From: Armatimonadota bacterium | GTDB taxonomy: Bacteria > Armatimonadota > SYMT01 | Reading direction: 5' to 3' | NCBI GenBank assembly: GCA_041690135.1 | Contig: JAWLHY010000019.1 | Coordinates: 1-64,000, forward strand | DNA length: 64,000 nt | In this document: one piece after another, positions 10,570 to 18,975 of the stretch | How positions within the stretch are numbered: the stretch's first letter is position 1 | Layout: every line of letters begins with the position of its first letter | Notes under the pieces: model-generated | Database searches by the model: none | Told to the model about the DNA's origin: nothing | Seen by the model: the letters and a program-made list of their open reading frames with translations, nothing else | Made by a program: the position numbers and the translations under genes

Positions 10570-11064
10570 CTATCTTTTTCCGTCGTCAACGGAGTGTGCG
10601 AGGATGAGGTTGAGGTCCTCCAGAGCGGCTTCGACCACCGCACGTCGAGCGGGTAGGCTCCGATATTGCTTTCCACGGGTGGTCTCAATCACGAACTGGA
10701 ACCTCGGCATCCCCTTGCCGTATCGGGCGGCCTGGTCGAACCGCACCACCTCATTGACGGGGAGCGCAACGCGCCTCGGGGGAAGGCAAAAGTGCAGTTG
10801 GAGGTTGGAGCCGTCGAACTCCACCTGCGAGAACTCGAACACTGCCGGCATCCCCGTTGCCCCCATGATGCCCAGGGCGATCAAAGACGCGAAAAGCAAT
10901 CCGACGCGTGGCGAGCACCCGCCCAGCGACTGGTACTCAGGTCGGCGATGGTGGGGCTGCGTCATGATTACATAAGCCACAACAGCCAGGACTCCGGCGA
11001 TGAGGGAAATGAAAGCCAGTCCTACCAGGGCTTCAGCCGAATTTCCGAATTCAACCGTCTGCAT
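10570..11064 (-). CDS. Hypothetical membrane protein (two TM helices plus a soluble C-terminal domain)
   Basis: ATG at 11064 (MQTVEFG); two hydrophobic segments. Confidence 0.55.
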   Translation of the reverse strand: MQTVEFGNSAEALVGLAFISLIAGVLAVVAYVIMTQPHHRRPEYQSLGGCSPRVGLLFASLIALGIMGATGMPAVFEFSQVEFDGSNLQLHFCLPPRRVALPVNEVVRFDQAARYGKGMPRFQFVIETTRGKQYRSLPARRAVVEAALEDLNLILAHSVDDGKR

Positions 11065-11334
11065 AACTGCGGGCTCTTGGATGGGGAGTACGGAGAGCAT
11101 CCACCCGTAGGGGCAACGGTCCCAATTCTCTCCGCGCTGGGGGTTCCGGGGGGGGCCCCGCGATGGGGCCGCTGTCCACAGCCGGTGGGGGATGCCTACG
11201 TTCGGTGGATTATTGGCGGCAGTAACGACTTCGACAGTGGCAGTTGGGGCTGCGCACCCCGATGCGCCAGAGGCGGGCCGCACCGCATGACCCCGTGATT
11301 AGGCATGGGAATGTAGGGGCGCCCTTCCGAACCT

Positions 11335-11589
11335 TCAGGCGGCGTCTTTGCGTGCGTAGTGCCGATCCAGGTAGTCGCAGATCTCCCGGGTTCCCTGCAG
11401 GAGCGCTCCGGTCTGGGTGTCCCAGAGGGAAGGCGTCTGATTATTGCCGAACAGCTTTTCCATTACCTGATCCTTCTCCGGATGTCCCTGGGGAGCGTTG
11501 ATCGCCAGGAAGTCGAGCCCCAGTTCCGTCAGATGCTTCCGTACTGGCTGTGAGTGTTCACACTCTTCGAACTGCCAGAGTACTAGCAT
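11335..11589 (-). CDS. Glutaredoxin/GST N-terminal-like protein
   Basis: ATG at 11589 with upstream GGAGG; LWQFEECEHSQPVRKHLTELGLDF and cis-Pro motif QTPSLWD. Confidence 0.8.
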   Translation of the reverse strand: MLVLWQFEECEHSQPVRKHLTELGLDFLAINAPQGHPEKDQVMEKLFGNNQTPSLWDTQTGALLQGTREICDYLDRHYARKDAA

Positions 11590-11734
11590 GCGGTCCCTCC
11601 TACCTCTTGTGTCGCGGCTCGTCCCGATTGTACCGGCGGTGGCAATCCCATAAACGAACTGCCCTCGCGGATCGGGAAAACGATCCTGGATCTTCCGACA
11701 TCCGCGCACTTCGGCTAGACATTTTTTCCGGCAC

Positions 11735-11761
11735 TGTCACAGCGGGGACGTCCCGTTCGTC
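11735..11761 (+). promoter_or_regulatory. ECF41-type promoter TGTCACA-N16-CGTC
   Basis: TGTCACA at 11735-11741, 16-nt spacer, CGTC at 11758-11761; directly upstream of the oxidoreductase-ECF41 operon and matching the published ECF41 consensus. Confidence 0.85.
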
Positions 11762-11784
11762 TTCGGGGGTGAAAGGAGAACAGG

Positions 11785-13116
11785 ATGAGACCCAACGAAG
11801 CAGATCGAACCAGGCGGGTGGTGGTGGTAGGCGGTGGGCTGGCGGGCCTGGCAACGGCGGCCTACCTGGGACGGGCCGGCCTACAGGTGACGCTGTTTGA
11901 GTCCGGAAGGCTCGGCGGCCGCGCCGTTACCGACGAGGTGGACGGCTACCTCTTCAACACCGGTCCGCACGCCCTCTACGACGATCAGGCGGTGGAGGTG
12001 CTGCGGGACCTGGGCGTTACCTGGAGCGGGAACCGCCCGGTCCAGAAGGGTGCTGTGGGCCTTGTGGGGAATGCGGTCCACCCGCTGCCGCGCGACGTGG
12101 TGAGCCTGGCGACCAGTAGTCTCCTCAGCGTGCCGGCCCGCCTGGAAGCCGCGCAGTGGATGACCCGGATCGGTCGCGTGGACCCCAGCGAGGTCCGCCA
12201 TCTGACCGTGCGGGCCTGGCTCGATCAGGAAGTGCGCTGCCCGGAAATGCGCCGGCTGCTGCAGGCATTGATGCGCCTCTCCACCTTCTGCAACGACCCG
12301 GAACGGCAGAGTGCCGGAGCCGCCATCGAGCAGTTCCAACTCGGCGGTCGAGGCGTCTACTACCTGGACGGTGGCTGGCAGACGCTGGTGGATGGACTGG
12401 TGGGGGCGGCGAAGGCGGCCGGCGTGGAGATCCTCGCCAACAGCCGGGTGAAGCAAGTCGTGTTTGGCGGCGAGGGTTCAGAGATGGGAGTGGAAGGCGT
12501 GCGCCTGGAAGACGGCGCTGTCATTCCCGCGGAGACGGTAGTCCTGGCGGTCCGGCCGCAGGTGGCGGCGGCGGCGACCGACCTGCCCGTGTTGCGGGAG
12601 TGGGCTGTGGAGGCCATCCCCGCACGGGTGGCGAGCCTGGAAGTAGCGCTTGATCGGCTGCCGAACCCAGCCTGCCCATTCGCGTTGGGGATCGACCGGC
12701 CTCTCTATCTCTCCGTACACTCGCTTTCCGCCCGCCTGGCACCGTCCGGCGGCGCGATGGTGCACGTTGCCCGTTACCTCGGCTCCGAGCCGGCGGAAGA
12801 CCCGCGGCAAGTGGAAGCGGAACTCGAGCGAGTGCTGGACCAGGTGCAGCCGGGTTGGAAAGAGCATGTGGCGACCCGCCGCTTCTTGCCTAACATGGTG
12901 GCAGTGACAGCGATCGATCGTGCCGACCGCGGCGGAAAGCCTGGGCGTCCCGGTCCCGCCGTGCCGGGAGTAGCGGGCCTGTTCGTCGCCGGCGACTGGG
13001 TGGGCCCGGAAGGAATGCTCGCGGACGCCGCCCTCGCCAGCGCCCGAAGCGCCGCCCGAATGGTAGTAGAAACCGCAACCCGAGGAGAACCGGATCGGCC
13101 GTATGCCCTCGCCTGA
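11785..13116 (+). CDS. FAD-dependent oxidoreductase (phytoene desaturase/amine oxidase-like)
   Basis: VVVVGGGLAGL...LGGRA dinucleotide-binding fold; FNTGPHALY; VAGDW; RBS AAGGAG. Confidence 0.88.
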   Translation: MRPNEADRTRRVVVVGGGLAGLATAAYLGRAGLQVTLFESGRLGGRAVTDEVDGYLFNTGPHALYDDQAVEVLRDLGVTWSGNRPVQKGAVGLVGNAVHPLPRDVVSLATSSLLSVPARLEAAQWMTRIGRVDPSEVRHLTVRAWLDQEVRCPEMRRLLQALMRLSTFCNDPERQSAGAAIEQFQLGGRGVYYLDGGWQTLVDGLVGAAKAAGVEILANSRVKQVVFGGEGSEMGVEGVRLEDGAVIPAETVVLAVRPQVAAAATDLPVLREWAVEAIPARVASLEVALDRLPNPACPFALGIDRPLYLSVHSLSARLAPSGGAMVHVARYLGSEPAEDPRQVEAELERVLDQVQPGWKEHVATRRFLPNMVAVTAIDRADRGGKPGRPGPAVPGVAGLFVAGDWVGPEGMLADAALASARSAARMVVETATRGEPDRPYALA

Positions 13117-14101
13117 ATCGTTCGATGAATTCCGTCCTCTGCTCTTCGCCATCGCCTACCGCATGCTCGGTAGCGTGGTGGAGGCGGAGGACGCCGTTCA
13201 GGAGACGTACCTCCGCTGGCGCGGCGCGCTGGAAGCGCCGAATGCGTCGAATGCGGGGGTACGTTCTCTGCGCGCGTACCTGACCTCCGTAGTGACGCGG
13301 CTCTGTATCGACCGCCTCCGCTCTGCGCGCGTCCAACGCGAGACCTACATAGGACCGTGGCTGCCGGAGCCGCTGCTCACCGATCCGAACGGGGACGCCT
13401 CCGAGCCGGCCGCGCTCGCCGAGACCGTCTCCATGGCGTTCCTGGTGCTGCTGGAGAAGCTGAACCCCGTGGAACGGGCCGTCTTTCTCCTGCGAGAGGT
13501 GTTCGAGTACGACTATCCTGAGATCGCGGCGATCGTGGACAAGAGCGAAGCCAACTGTCGTCAGATCGCGCACCGCTCGAAACAATATCTCCAGTCGCAA
13601 CGCCCTCGCTTCGAGCCCTCCCGCCAGGCACGGGAGCGGCTCACCCACCAGTTCGCCCAGGCTTGCGCCACGGGAGACCTGCCCGGACTGATCGCCCTGC
13701 TCCACCGCGACATCACCGTGTGGTCCGACGGTGGCGGCAAGGCCGCGGCCGCGCTGAACCCGATCCACGGCGCCGACCGCGTCGCCCGCTTCTTACTCGG
13801 CGTGCTGCAGAAGTTCTACGGCAACGCCACCATCCGCTCCGCCTGGGTGAACGGCCGTCCAGGCTTCATCGCCTTCGAGGACGGGGTCCCCCGTACCGTG
13901 GTGGCGCTGGAGATGACGGAGAACGAGATCACCGCGCTCCACATCATCCGTAACCCGGAGAAACTGGGGCGCGTGACGCTTGGTGCGGGAGATGGGAAGG
14001 ACGTGCATCCGGTGAGTGCCGTGGCCGAGGAGGCTGCCTCGGGCGCGGACATGAGGAGTGGGGCGTGCGGCGTGAAGCCTGAGGTATGGCGTGAGGCGTG
14101 A
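13103..14101 (+). CDS. ECF41 (SigJ-like) sigma-70 factor with SnoaL-like C-terminal domain
   Basis: AYRMLGSVVEAEDAVQE, YIGPWLPEP linker, DGGGK and NPEKL motifs. Confidence 0.93.
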   Translation: MPSPESFDEFRPLLFAIAYRMLGSVVEAEDAVQETYLRWRGALEAPNASNAGVRSLRAYLTSVVTRLCIDRLRSARVQRETYIGPWLPEPLLTDPNGDASEPAALAETVSMAFLVLLEKLNPVERAVFLLREVFEYDYPEIAAIVDKSEANCRQIAHRSKQYLQSQRPRFEPSRQARERLTHQFAQACATGDLPGLIALLHRDITVWSDGGGKAAAALNPIHGADRVARFLLGVLQKFYGNATIRSAWVNGRPGFIAFEDGVPRTVVALEMTENEITALHIIRNPEKLGRVTLGAGDGKDVHPVSAVAEEAASGADMRSGACGVKPEVWREA

Positions 14102-14146
14102 AGCCTGAGGTATGGCGTGAGGCGTGAAGCCTGAGGTATGACGTGG
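14069..14146 (+). repeat. 3 x 26-bp tandem repeat GGCGTGAAGCCTGAGGTATGGCGTGA
   Basis: Two identical copies and a third with two mismatches; overlaps the sigma factor stop codon. Confidence 0.9.
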
Positions 14147-14250
14147 CGGACGGGCAAAGGCGCGTACTGGAACAGAGTGGGTTGCCTCGCGCCGTGAAGT
14201 AATGCGTGAAGCGTGAAGGTGGGGTGCAGTGCGGAGGTCACCCACCCCAG

Positions 14251-14841
14251 CTACAGACGCAGGTCGGCCGGGCGCATCTCGAAGAGGGCGAGGTTTGCGA
14301 TGGGCTGGGAGAGGATGGCTCGTCTCACGTCGGCCATCGTCACCGCGTCGAGAGATCGGGCTGTCACCGCGGCACGCACCAGCTGCATGACCTGCCCGTG
14401 CGACACGACGAGCACGTAGCCGCACTCCAAGCCAGCAATCTCTACGAGGCTGGAGCGCACCCTTGCCCGGAACTGCGCGAACGACTCCGCGTCCACCCCA
14501 TCCACGTATTCCGGATCGTCCCGCTGCCAGTAGGCTTCCACCATGGATTTGCGGTCGTGATGGGTGGTGTCGCGACAGCGGCTTGGGCAGAGGAAGGTGA
14601 ACTCGTGAACCGGAAGGGTGAGCCGCCGCACATGGGGGAACCGCGCCAGGATGGGGGCGGCGGTCTCCCGTGCTCGCGTGTATTCCGACACAACCACCAC
14701 CTCGGGGGCCAGGGTCAGGGCCTCCGCGAAGTGGGCCGCTGCGGTCCGTCCCTGCGCGGTGAGGGGGATCGTGGCTGGCGACGAGGATTTCAGCCCGGCG
14801 TTTGCTTCGCTTTCGGCGTGTCGAAGCCAGCGAATGATCAC
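14251..14841 (-). CDS. Histidine phosphatase (phosphoglycerate mutase) family protein
   Basis: LRHAES...N, S.Y.RARETA, ESF and VVSHG motifs. Confidence 0.88.
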   Translation of the reverse strand: MIIRWLRHAESEANAGLKSSSPATIPLTAQGRTAAAHFAEALTLAPEVVVVSEYTRARETAAPILARFPHVRRLTLPVHEFTFLCPSRCRDTTHHDRKSMVEAYWQRDDPEYVDGVDAESFAQFRARVRSSLVEIAGLECGYVLVVSHGQVMQLVRAAVTARSLDAVTMADVRRAILSQPIANLALFEMRPADLRL

Positions 14842-14921
14842 GCGCCCGTTTGCTCCTTCCCGCCCATTAACGCCGGTTGCGGTAACTCCACCGTCGGAAG
14901 CCGATGTGGCTTCACACTTCT

Positions 14922-15929
14922 TCAGTGGGTGGTAGGGGCGTCTCCGTTCGGTTCCGGAATCAAGACCGTGGCGGACACACTCTCCGCCAGCGGAGAACCG
15001 GTGCAGTAGGGCACCTTGCCGGCCGGAACGAATCCCGCAGCATCCTTGAGGTGTACGTCCTGATCCTCGAAAAAGATGTGCGGCCGAAACGCCTGGAGCA
15101 CCCGGGCCTTCCCCACCCCGCCGAGAAAGAAGGCACTGTCCACGTACACTCCCCAGTGGCGTAAGGTGTTGATGACCCGCATCTCGGCCGGACTATTGCG
15201 CGCGGTAACGATTGCGACCCGGACCGGTGAATACTCGACGCGCATCGGCAGTCGTTCTTGGAGACGGGCGAGCTTCTTGAGGAGGGTGGCATACGGTCCT
15301 TCGGTGAGAGGCACGTCCTGCGCGGCATCTTCGCTTGCGTGGAACTCCTCGAGCCCCTGGGTCTTGAAAACAATTTCGCTCTCCTCGTGGAAGAGCACCG
15401 CATCACCGTCGAATGCAATCCGAACCTGGTCTTCGGTTACTTCCGCACCGGCTGCCGGAGGCGGCGACAGGATCGCGGCGGCACACACGCGGCTGTCGAT
15501 GACTCGCTGTGCGTCCTCATGGCTGGTCGTGAGGAAGAGGTCGACATCGAAGGCCTCCAGGTAGTCCGTAACCGGTTCCCCGCCGGTGAACGCAGAACGC
15601 GTGATCGGCAGTCCCAGGGAGCGAATCGTCTTCAACACCCGAACGCCCGTTTCGGGGCTGTTCCGCGACATTACGACTACTTCTACCAGCGGGGGTTGAC
15701 CGGGCTGCTGGTGCTGGTTGAGCTTCAAGAGAGCCCGAACGAGAGGAAGTCCGGTACCGGGAGCCACCACTTTCCCCTCACGCTCAAGCATGTAGGCGCG
15801 GTACTCTTCGATCGCGGTATCGGGGTCGCGCAGGAAGGCCTGCTGGAACCGCCGATCCGCTTCTGCCAGGTCAAAAAGGGCGGTTGCGGAGATACCGACC
15901 ACCAGGGTATCGGAAAGATCTAACGGCAT
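14922..15929 (-). CDS. 5'-nucleotidase (cytosolic IB-like, HAD family)
   Basis: LVVGISATALFDL, SRNSPETG, RIAFDGDAVLF, TAR and PHIFFEDQ motifs. Confidence 0.9.
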   Translation of the reverse strand: MPLDLSDTLVVGISATALFDLAEADRRFQQAFLRDPDTAIEEYRAYMLEREGKVVAPGTGLPLVRALLKLNQHQQPGQPPLVEVVVMSRNSPETGVRVLKTIRSLGLPITRSAFTGGEPVTDYLEAFDVDLFLTTSHEDAQRVIDSRVCAAAILSPPPAAGAEVTEDQVRIAFDGDAVLFHEESEIVFKTQGLEEFHASEDAAQDVPLTEGPYATLLKKLARLQERLPMRVEYSPVRVAIVTARNSPAEMRVINTLRHWGVYVDSAFFLGGVGKARVLQAFRPHIFFEDQDVHLKDAAGFVPAGKVPYCTGSPLAESVSATVLIPEPNGDAPTTH

Positions 15930-16070
15930 GGGTAGGCTCGGATGCGAGGCGAACGATAGTAAGGATGTTCGCCCAACATTCTATCATCCCTAGCCGCCAG
16001 TGCTTGCCACCACTATCCGTAGCGCTGTGATGCTTTCTGATCGGGCGAGTAACCCGTGAGGCATATACGC

Positions 16071-16100
16071 AAAAAGCCTTCCAGCAGAGTGCTGGAAGGC
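16071..16100 (-). terminator. Intrinsic terminator after tRNA-Val
   Basis: Minus strand GCCTTCCAGCA-CTC-TGCTGGAAGGC followed by TTTTT. Confidence 0.85.
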
Positions 16101-16109
16101 CGGAAGTGA

Positions 16110-16181
16110 TGGGCACGACAGGATTCGAACCTGTGACCCCTTCGGTGTGAACGAAGTGCTCTCCCACTGAGCCACGCGCCC
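16110..16181 (-). tRNA. tRNA-Val(CAC), CCA not encoded
   Basis: GGGCGCG/CGTGCCC acceptor stem, D-arm GCTCAGTGGGAGAGC, anticodon arm CTTCG-TTCACAC-CGAAG, T-arm CAGGTTCGAATCCTG; followed by TCA. Confidence 0.95.
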
Positions 16182-16263
16182 GTTATGGAGTTTTGCCGTT
16201 TGGATGGGTGACCTGTCCCTCGTGTTGAGTGAGGAGTTGGTGGCACCATCCTGGGGTGACTGA

Positions 16264-16293
16264 AGTATAGCAGAAGGCTGTTTCGGGGGTCAA
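16264..16293 (-). promoter_or_regulatory. Sigma70 promoter of tRNA-Val
   Basis: TTGACC-N18-TATACT with an extended -10 TG. Confidence 0.7.
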
Positions 16294-16311
16294 GCCTCTT
16301 CGTTCTCCACC

Positions 16312-16339
16312 GAATAATCCGCCTCCCACCCGCATCTAA
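16312..16339 (+). promoter_or_regulatory. Possible autoregulatory ECF promoter
   Basis: GAATAA-N17-TCTAA upstream of the ECF sigma gene, RpoE-like. Confidence 0.4.
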
Positions 16340-16372
16340 CCTTACAGTCGGAGGCGGGCACCGGAGGGCGGG

Positions 16373-16930
16373 ATGGAGCTCGGGAAACAGGTTGAGGCGC
16401 GATTGACCGGGCGGCGCGAGGCAGAGCGGCAGAGGCGCTGGGAGCGGCTGTGGCGGGAGTACCACCCGCGGATCTGGCGGCTCACCGCCCGTCTCGCGGG
16501 AGATCCGGACCTCGCGGACGACCTCACCCAGGAGGTAGCGCTGCGGGCGCTGGAAGGCCTCGACGGCTTCCGGTCGCAGTCCGGCGAGTTCACCTGGCTC
16601 TACCGGATCGCCGTTAATGTTGTGCTCGGCCACCGGAGACGACGGAGCCTCGAAACCGTGGGGCTCGACACCCCGGACGCGGCGCACCTCCCCTCCTCCA
16701 CCCCCGCACCGGAGGCGTCCGCCGTGGCCGCGGAGTTGGCGCCTGTGGTCCGGGCGGCGCTGGATCGCCTTCCGGAGGAGCTCCGCACCCCTCTGGTGCT
16801 CCAGGTGTACGAAGGGTTGAAGTACCGCGAGATCGCGGCGGTGCTGGAAATACCGGTCGGCACGGTGATGTCTCGCCTGCATTCGGCCCGGCAGCGGTTG
16901 CGAGAGGAGCTGGAAGAGTATGTCTTGTGA
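16373..16930 (+). CDS. ECF sigma-70 factor
   Basis: DLADDLTQEV, FTWLYRIAVN and LKYREIAAVLEIPVGTVMSRLHSAR motifs. Confidence 0.92.
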   Translation: MELGKQVEARLTGRREAERQRRWERLWREYHPRIWRLTARLAGDPDLADDLTQEVALRALEGLDGFRSQSGEFTWLYRIAVNVVLGHRRRRSLETVGLDTPDAAHLPSSTPAPEASAVAAELAPVVRAALDRLPEELRTPLVLQVYEGLKYREIAAVLEIPVGTVMSRLHSARQRLREELEEYVL

Positions 16931-18479
16931 GCCGATCCGCACCTGGTTGGGAGCCTATCGGGATGGCGAGCTTTCTCCCCTGAGGCACTGGCGCTGTCGC
17001 CTGCACGTGCGCTGGTGCGCGGAGTGTGCGCGGGAGTTGCGCGCACTCGCCCGCCTGGACACATTACTTCAGGCCGCCGACGTGGTTCCCGCGCTAGCCC
17101 TCACAAAGGAGGTGGGCAGGTCCCGCTTGGGTCCGCCGCCTGGCGTGACGAGATCTGACACCAGAAGTGCGGAATGGAACGGCGTCACATTCCCTACACT
17201 CCCATCGTCTCCTGTCCCTGCAAAGTCCCAGCGGTGTCATCTCATTCTCCGGACGGTCCTGCCCGTCCTGGTGGCTTTTGCGGTAGTCGCCCTGGCTTTC
17301 CTGCCGCGCCGGGACAGCCAGGGGGTTCCCCTGGAACGGGCCGTCGAGGCGCTGATGAGGGCGCCTGCGTGGCAGTCTTCGCATCTCGTGGTGCGGTCGC
17401 GCGACGGGCGGACGGTCACGGAGCAGTGGGTCTCCCTGCCGCACTCGCTGCGGACGGAAGTGCGGCGGGACGGTCGTCTCACCGAAGTAACCGTACAAAA
17501 CGAACGGGAGTCCTGGATCTACCGGGCGGAACGGAACCTGGCGGTACACAGCAACGTTCGCCCCTACGTGCCGGAATCCCACGGGGTGGGCGCCTTCCAT
17601 GGACCGCTCAACTCGCTGCGCCGGCTGCGCCAGTCGGCGGACCGCGTCGGAGGGGTCAACGTCTCCGAGCGGCGGGTAAGAGAAGCGGATGGTCGGCTGC
17701 TGCGGGTGTTCACCATTGCCGTGGATGTTGCTCGCCACCATCCGGGCCGGGAATTGCCGGCGGATGACGGGATCCGGAGAGACGTTGTCTCCCTGGACGC
17801 GAGGACGGGACGCCTGGTCCGCTGGGAAGACCGGGAGACCGGCAACCGGTACGAAGTGGATGCCTATGACGTCTCCCCACCCGTGGGAACATTCACCTGG
17901 CAGGCCCCCGCGGGCGCGCGGATGGTGGAGCACGGCGACTGGTGGAAAGCGCGGGCCGGCCGGTCGGTCGCCGCAGTCGAGAACTCCACCACCCGCGTGG
18001 TGGTACACGCGGTCGATCTCTCCGCGCAGGGAGACGTGTACCTCACCGTTAGCAAGAAGTCGGAGTCGGGAAACGACCGGATCACTTCCTGGCCGGCTCG
18101 CGGCATGTTGATGGAGGACGACCGGGGGCGCATTTACCTCCATTACCAGACCAGCGGGATGACGAGCTGGCCGGATACCGTGGCGCTGCTGGCGTTCACT
18201 CCCTTGAATCCGGCGCGCAAGGGAGATCCCCCTCCCCGCCGGGTGACGGTCCGCCTGTTGCCCGTCCACCGGCCCCACACCACTCCCGTCGATCATGCCC
18301 GGGAGCTCCTCCTGGCGCGGCGCCTACGTGTGTCCGCCGCCGCGACTTGGGCCGCTCCCCCTGTCTCTCCCTTTGACCTTTTCGAGAGCCCAATTGGACG
18401 TACTGGTTTTGTCGATGAGCTCCGGAGCCGCGCCCGCCGAGCCTATAGGGCAGATAATCCGTGCGGCGCCTTTGGCTGA
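16920..18479 (+). CDS. Zinc-binding (zf-HC2) transmembrane anti-sigma factor with a large extracytoplasmic domain
   Basis: C...LGAYRDGEL...HVRWCAEC; TM helix VLPVLVAFAVVALAFL; overlaps the sigma stop codon. Confidence 0.8.
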   Translation: MSCEPIRTWLGAYRDGELSPLRHWRCRLHVRWCAECARELRALARLDTLLQAADVVPALALTKEVGRSRLGPPPGVTRSDTRSAEWNGVTFPTLPSSPVPAKSQRCHLILRTVLPVLVAFAVVALAFLPRRDSQGVPLERAVEALMRAPAWQSSHLVVRSRDGRTVTEQWVSLPHSLRTEVRRDGRLTEVTVQNERESWIYRAERNLAVHSNVRPYVPESHGVGAFHGPLNSLRRLRQSADRVGGVNVSERRVREADGRLLRVFTIAVDVARHHPGRELPADDGIRRDVVSLDARTGRLVRWEDRETGNRYEVDAYDVSPPVGTFTWQAPAGARMVEHGDWWKARAGRSVAAVENSTTRVVVHAVDLSAQGDVYLTVSKKSESGNDRITSWPARGMLMEDDRGRIYLHYQTSGMTSWPDTVALLAFTPLNPARKGDPPPRRVTVRLLPVHRPHTTPVDHARELLLARRLRVSAAATWAAPPVSPFDLFESPIGRTGFVDELRSRARRAYRADNPCGAFG

Positions 18480-18625
18480 TGAGCCCCAGGTCGCCGGTCC
18501 GGCGGCCCCTCAGAAGCTCGGATGAGTGGATTAGGATGAGGATAATGGCCCGTAAGGACAGCTTCCCGCGCCAGAGGCTGATGGCTCAGGTGGGCGATAA
18601 GGATGAAGAATCCGGCTGCATAACG

Positions 18626-18757
18626 AGTTCCCTGACCAGGGGGCTCGCCACGTCGCTTAAGAGCACTGGTCCAGGAGCCCGGCACTTCGACGAGAGGCTC
18701 ATCGGGGCTATGAAGTTGCTTCAGATACACCGCTCCTCGCGATGACGCTTCGGGGTT
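18626..18757 (+). repeat. Degenerate dispersed repeat, copy A
   Basis: AGTTCCCTGACCAGGGGGCTCGCCACGTCG...CGCTCCTCGCGATGAC; related to 21262-21397. Confidence 0.65.
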
Positions 18758-18808
18758 GTAACCGAAACCGTCTACTTGAGCAGACGGCGGCTTCCTTTCT
18801 TATCTTCC

Positions 18809-18876
18809 TTCCGCGTCTTTCCGCGTGTTCCGCGGGCAACCTATCCCCTCATCTTCCCAATCTGTGAAATCTGTGG
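18809..18876 (+). repeat. Short-period repeats (TTCCGCG x3; AATCTGTG x2)
   Basis: TTCCGCGTCT-TTCCGCGTG-TTCCGCGGG and AATCTGTGA-AATCTGTGG. Confidence 0.7.
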
Positions 18877-18975
18877 CTTTCCCCAGCTACGTAGGTCTCA
18901 CCAAAATACAGAAGGCGGTGCGGGGTGTGCCAGCGAACGTAGTCGAAACTGTACGCCGATACCCCAACCCGAGCC

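Noticed and set aside
14069-14146. Possible CRISPR array
   Set aside because: The repeats are directly adjacent with no unique spacers, and no cas genes are present.
14251-16110. Integrative element at the tRNA-Val 3' end
   Set aside because: No integrase, and no duplicated tRNA 3' end found by eye.
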